A stretch of DNA of 19,440 bases from a bacterium (GTDB taxonomy: Bacteria; Zhuqueibacterota; Zhuqueibacteria; Oceanimicrobiales; Oceanimicrobiaceae). The stretch is taken from positions 1 to 19,440 of the forward strand of contig JBHHXT010000084.1 of NCBI GenBank assembly GCA_046757165.1, read 5' to 3'. Positions 16,183 through 19,440 of this stretch are shown here, in pieces (position 1 is the first letter of the stretch; each line of letters starts with the position of its first letter). The notes beneath the pieces are model-generated. The model made no database searches. It was not told where the DNA came from and was given only the letters and a program-made list of their open reading frames with translations. Both the position numbers and the translations under genes were made by a program.

Positions 16183-16385
16183 GCAAATAGGACAAATCAT
16201 GGACCCGGCGTTCTCCACTTTTAGATTCCTGCAGCACGTTATTTAGTCGATTTGCGACCTTCGTCGAACGCTCTGTGCTCCCGGTGTTTTCGACGCGCCC
16301 GTGCCCTGAAATCCAGAACTTGTTAGAACTGGCTCAACCATTCTGACAAGGTCACGCTATAATGTAAAACTGATAGCATCCAACC

Positions 16386-19187
16386 ATGCGTGTGAACGTT
16401 TTCCAGCCCGACGGCTCAGTGCAGGCCGGCTGCTTGACGACCCGGACACGGGACCTTCTCGCCAAAGCTGTTGAGAAAGCGGTAGCATTTCGTGCGACCA
16501 ACCTGCAGCCTGAGCACATTTTTCTCGTCTGTTGTAGCGCCGCCTTCCCGCAGGCAAGAAACCTGGTCAAAAGCGCGCTCACATCAGGGTCCACCGAGAA
16601 TCTTGAAACAGCGCTGCAGACCCTGCTCTGCGACGACCAATCTCTGCCGATCCCCGCGATCAACCTCGACCGGGCGTCCATGTCCCAGACCTGCCGCAGC
16701 GTTTTTGCTGACCTGGAAAGTTGGCTCAAAACCACCGGCAGCGCCCGGATCGAACCTGAGCGGCTCCTGAGCAGCGCGCTCAGACACCTGGAAGAAGACA
16801 CGCTTGCGCTCATGAGCAAGGTGCTGGACATCCAGGCCCTGCGACAGTCCCTGGACCACCTCTTGCAAGCGGAAACGACCGAGGTGCTGATATTCGACAG
16901 CAGCTCCAGGGCGCTTCGGCTCGATTTGTTCAACCGGCCGGCACAAGAAGCGCTTCGGCTGGCGGGCAAAAGTGCCCGGGCCACCGGTCATGACAAAATC
17001 ACGCCAGCTCACATTCTGATCGGACTCTTCAAGCTGGAGGGCGGATTTGCCGAAGAGGCGTACCGGATGTTTGTTCCCCCCTCCGTCCATGCTCAGCAGC
17101 CGGCGGTGGTTCTGGAGAATGCCATCCGCGGTCCGAATCCGGCACAGCAAACAGTCAGCCTGGATGAAGCGGGCTTTGTGGCCGCAGCAGTGGAGGTGGT
17201 CACCCAGGCCGTCCGGCTGGCTCACCTCGACAATCTGGAGAACACCAACGAGGCCTGCCTGCTCAGGAGTCTGCTCCTGCATGGGGACTTTCGAGTCAAG
17301 AATTTGCTCTCCTCGCCGCCCTTTTCCTTCAATCTGCAAGAGCTCATTCACTATATCGAGCAGTCGGCCAGGGCTGCGCAACGCGCACCTTTTGACTCGA
17401 GTCTGTCCATCCCCTTTGCCACTGACCTGACCCAAAAGGCACGCGATGGCAGACTGACCGAAGTTGTCGGACGGGAGGCGGAGCTGGAGAACATCAAACG
17501 CACCTTGTTCAAGAAAGAGAACAACAACATCATCTTGCAAGGTGAGCGCGGCGTCGGCAAATCGAGTATTCTGGACGGTCTCGCCCTGGATTTTCTGGAC
17601 AACGAACGCGAAGTCTTCCGCCACATGCACGTGCTGCGCGTCGATTGCAAGAAGCTGGCCGCCGGCGGTGAACGCGACATCGGCAAAATCCTGGAGCCGG
17701 CACGCGGCCGGCGCAACCTTATCCTGGCCTTTGACGACCTCGACACGCTCATTGCCATGGCCCCGCCCGCCGGGGAGTCGATGAATCCGACGCGCCGGCT
17801 TCTGTGGGAGGCGTTGAACGAAAAGAAGATTCAGGTGGTTCTGACCCTGAGGGCGGATACCTACGCCATTCATGTGGAAACTGACCCGGATTTCCTGAAA
17901 TTCTTCGATGTCATCCGGATCGAGGAAATGTCGAAACCGCAAGCCGTGGCCGTGGTCACGCGGCGCAAAGCCGAGATTGAGCAGGAGTACGGGGTGCCGG
18001 TCGCCGACAGCGCAGTCCGGAAAGCGGTGCTGTTGACCCACGATTATCTGATCAGCGAGCGGTTGCCGGAAAAGGCGTTCGCCGTGGTGCGCGCCTGTTG
18101 CGACCGGCTGCGCTACGACGCCGAAAGCGGCAACAAAAAAGTCGAGGTGACCGACGAGGCCGTCATTGCTGAAATCGCCCGGCTGACCAAGCTTCCGGCC
18201 GCGATGATTTCGGGCATCGGCGAGGTCTCCAGTTATGTCGAGCTTTTGTCGCAGAGCATCGTCGGACAGCAAGAGGCGGTGCAAGTGGTGTCCGACAAGC
18301 TGGAGTTGATTCATGCCGGCATGAATGATAAAAACCGGCCCGCAGCGGTGCTGCTGTTCGCCGGGCTGACCGGAACCGGCAAGACAGAGCTGGCGCGCAC
18401 CGTGGCCAGTATTTACGCAAAATCCAGAAAGCTCATCGCCTTCCACATGGAAGAATTCACCCAGGAGTTTGCCGAAAGCAATCTGATCGGCGTGCCAGCC
18501 GGCTACAAAGGGCACGAAAGTGGCGGCCCGCTCATCAACGCCCTGAATGCCGACCCCTACTCCGTGCTCCTGTTTGATGAAATCGAGAAGGCGCACCCGG
18601 TGGTGCTCAAACCACTGCTGCGGCTGTTCGATACCGCTGAAATCGAAGACCGCAAGAACGTCAAAGCTCGCGGGCACCGCGCCTTTATCATTCTGACCTC
18701 CAACGTTTGCTGGGAGGTGATCGACGCAGGCCTGAAGGTCAACAAGCCTTTCGACCAGATCAAGGACGACTTCTTGCGGGCCCTCTCCACCGCCCGGCAC
18801 CCGAACACCGGTCAGCGCTATTTTCCGCCGGAGTTTCTCGGCCGGCTCGACGACCTCGTGCTCTTCAAACCGCTGGACGAGCAAGCCATGGTGCAGGTGG
18901 CGCAGCTCATGCTGGACGCGCTGGCAGTCGAGTGGCAGGAGAGCCGGGAAAAGACGCTGCACTTTGCGCCGGAAGTCGCAGAGTTCATCGGCCAGCTGAG
19001 TTATCGCGAAGATGTCTCCGGCCCGGACCGGCTGTGTGGGCGGGTCGTCAGAAAGAATATCGAGAGGATGGTGAAGATGGAGCTGAAAAACAAAGTGCGG
19101 GAGATCAAAAATAAGAAAGATGTTTTTATCTCACTCGCCGGCAACCGGGTGAGTGTCAGCGCAGAACTTCAGGTGGATAGGCTGTAG
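16386..19187 (+). CDS. Atypical class I Clp/Hsp100 AAA+ ATPase (two Clp-N modules, two AAA domains), 933 aa
   Basis: Clp-N motifs LQPEHIFL, IEPERLL, ITPAHILIGL, TNEACLLRSLL. D1: DLTQKARDGRLTEVVGREAE, NNIILQGERGVGKS, Walker B LAFDD, ERLPEKA. D2: IVGQQEAV, GLTGTGKTELA, LIGVPAGYKG, LLFDEIEKAHP, ILTSN, FPPEFLGRLD. No ClpB M-domain coiled coil, so no gene symbol. Confidence 0.93.
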   Translation: MRVNVFQPDGSVQAGCLTTRTRDLLAKAVEKAVAFRATNLQPEHIFLVCCSAAFPQARNLVKSALTSGSTENLETALQTLLCDDQSLPIPAINLDRASMSQTCRSVFADLESWLKTTGSARIEPERLLSSALRHLEEDTLALMSKVLDIQALRQSLDHLLQAETTEVLIFDSSSRALRLDLFNRPAQEALRLAGKSARATGHDKITPAHILIGLFKLEGGFAEEAYRMFVPPSVHAQQPAVVLENAIRGPNPAQQTVSLDEAGFVAAAVEVVTQAVRLAHLDNLENTNEACLLRSLLLHGDFRVKNLLSSPPFSFNLQELIHYIEQSARAAQRAPFDSSLSIPFATDLTQKARDGRLTEVVGREAELENIKRTLFKKENNNIILQGERGVGKSSILDGLALDFLDNEREVFRHMHVLRVDCKKLAAGGERDIGKILEPARGRRNLILAFDDLDTLIAMAPPAGESMNPTRRLLWEALNEKKIQVVLTLRADTYAIHVETDPDFLKFFDVIRIEEMSKPQAVAVVTRRKAEIEQEYGVPVADSAVRKAVLLTHDYLISERLPEKAFAVVRACCDRLRYDAESGNKKVEVTDEAVIAEIARLTKLPAAMISGIGEVSSYVELLSQSIVGQQEAVQVVSDKLELIHAGMNDKNRPAAVLLFAGLTGTGKTELARTVASIYAKSRKLIAFHMEEFTQEFAESNLIGVPAGYKGHESGGPLINALNADPYSVLLFDEIEKAHPVVLKPLLRLFDTAEIEDRKNVKARGHRAFIILTSNVCWEVIDAGLKVNKPFDQIKDDFLRALSTARHPNTGQRYFPPEFLGRLDDLVLFKPLDEQAMVQVAQLMLDALAVEWQESREKTLHFAPEVAEFIGQLSYREDVSGPDRLCGRVVRKNIERMVKMELKNKVREIKNKKDVFISLAGNRVSVSAELQVDRL

Positions 19188-19270
19188 GCTTTTAGACTGT
19201 TAGGTTTTGCACAATGTTCTAATCAACGCGCTTCTTCCTACAGCCTAAAAGCCTACAGCCTGAACACCTG
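19170..19270. repeat. Long hairpin of short aggctgt/acagcct units overlapping the Clp stop codon
   Basis: aggctgtaggcttttag (19179-19195) / ctaaaagcctacagcct (19245-19261), a perfect 17-bp IR with outer caggtg/cacctg. tacagcctgaacacct (19254-19269) recurs as tacagcctaaacacct (19355-19370). Confidence 0.8.
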
Positions 19271-19283
19271 GTAGGAAGAATCG

Positions 19284-19364
19284 ATGAGAGATCATACGAA
19301 ACTTCGGGCTTTTGAGTTAGCCGACGAATTGGCATTGAGAATCTATCAAAAACGTACAGCCTAA
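19284..19364 (+). pseudogene. Truncated four-helix-bundle protein gene (23S rRNA IVP / S23-like family), 26-aa remnant
   Basis: Translates MRDHTKLRAFELADELALRIYQKRTA*, matching the N-terminus of the four-helix-bundle family (L.a...a.el...iY) but stopping inside the flanking repeat before the conserved FP..E.YGL..Q.RR core. Confidence 0.75.
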
Positions 19365-19373
19365 ACACCTACG

Positions 19374-19440
19374 ATGCAAAACAAACTCATCGGCCAAACC
19401 ATTGCCGGCAAATACCGCCTGCTCAGCCATCTCGGCTCCG
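19374..19440 (+). CDS. Probable Hanks-type Ser/Thr protein kinase, 5' fragment
   Basis: MQNKLIGQTIAGKYRLLSHLGS(G...) matches the typical bacterial kinase start 'iG..l.grYrl...LGxGgmG' (subdomain I). Only 22 codons are visible. Confidence 0.65.
   Translation, partial: MQNKLIGQTIAGKYRLLSHLGS

Noticed and set aside
16584..18962. 792-aa antisense ORF
   Set aside because: Lies entirely opposite the motif-rich Clp gene; a shadow frame expected from GC-rich codon bias, with no recognisable motifs.
19284..19364. Diversity-generating retroelement (Avd-like four-helix bundle)
   Set aside because: No reverse transcriptase and no template/variable repeat pair with adenine-specific mismatches in the window.

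Overview
Bacterial accessory locus made almost entirely of divergent chaperone/ATPase and signalling genes, with no CRISPR array, rRNA or tRNA seen. Minus-strand block A (7380->1): a ~600-aa protein with an ECF-sigma-like N-terminus, a soluble zinc-finger (zf-HC2/ZAS) anti-sigma-TPR protein overlapping a CHAT (caspase-like) protein that lacks its catalytic His, a divergent full-length Hsp90/HtpG, and a second Hsp90-like gene that lacks the ATPase domain (1..1176, absent from the ORF track, runs off the window). Minus-strand block B (14752->7926): a degenerate Clp-D2-type AAA+ protein, a MoxR/CbbQ-like AAA+ ATPase, a vWA protein and an unknown protein. Plus strand: a HARE-HTH/RHH-like regulator, an atypical Clp/Hsp100 ATPase, a truncated four-helix-bundle gene and the first 22 codons of a probable Ser/Thr kinase. 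Nearly every intergenic gap holds a miniature palindromic (REP/MITE-like) element, and one such palindrome lies in frame inside the truncated Hsp90 paralogue. My inference is an undescribed chaperone-based sensing/conflict system. All family calls come from motif reading by eye; no searches were run.
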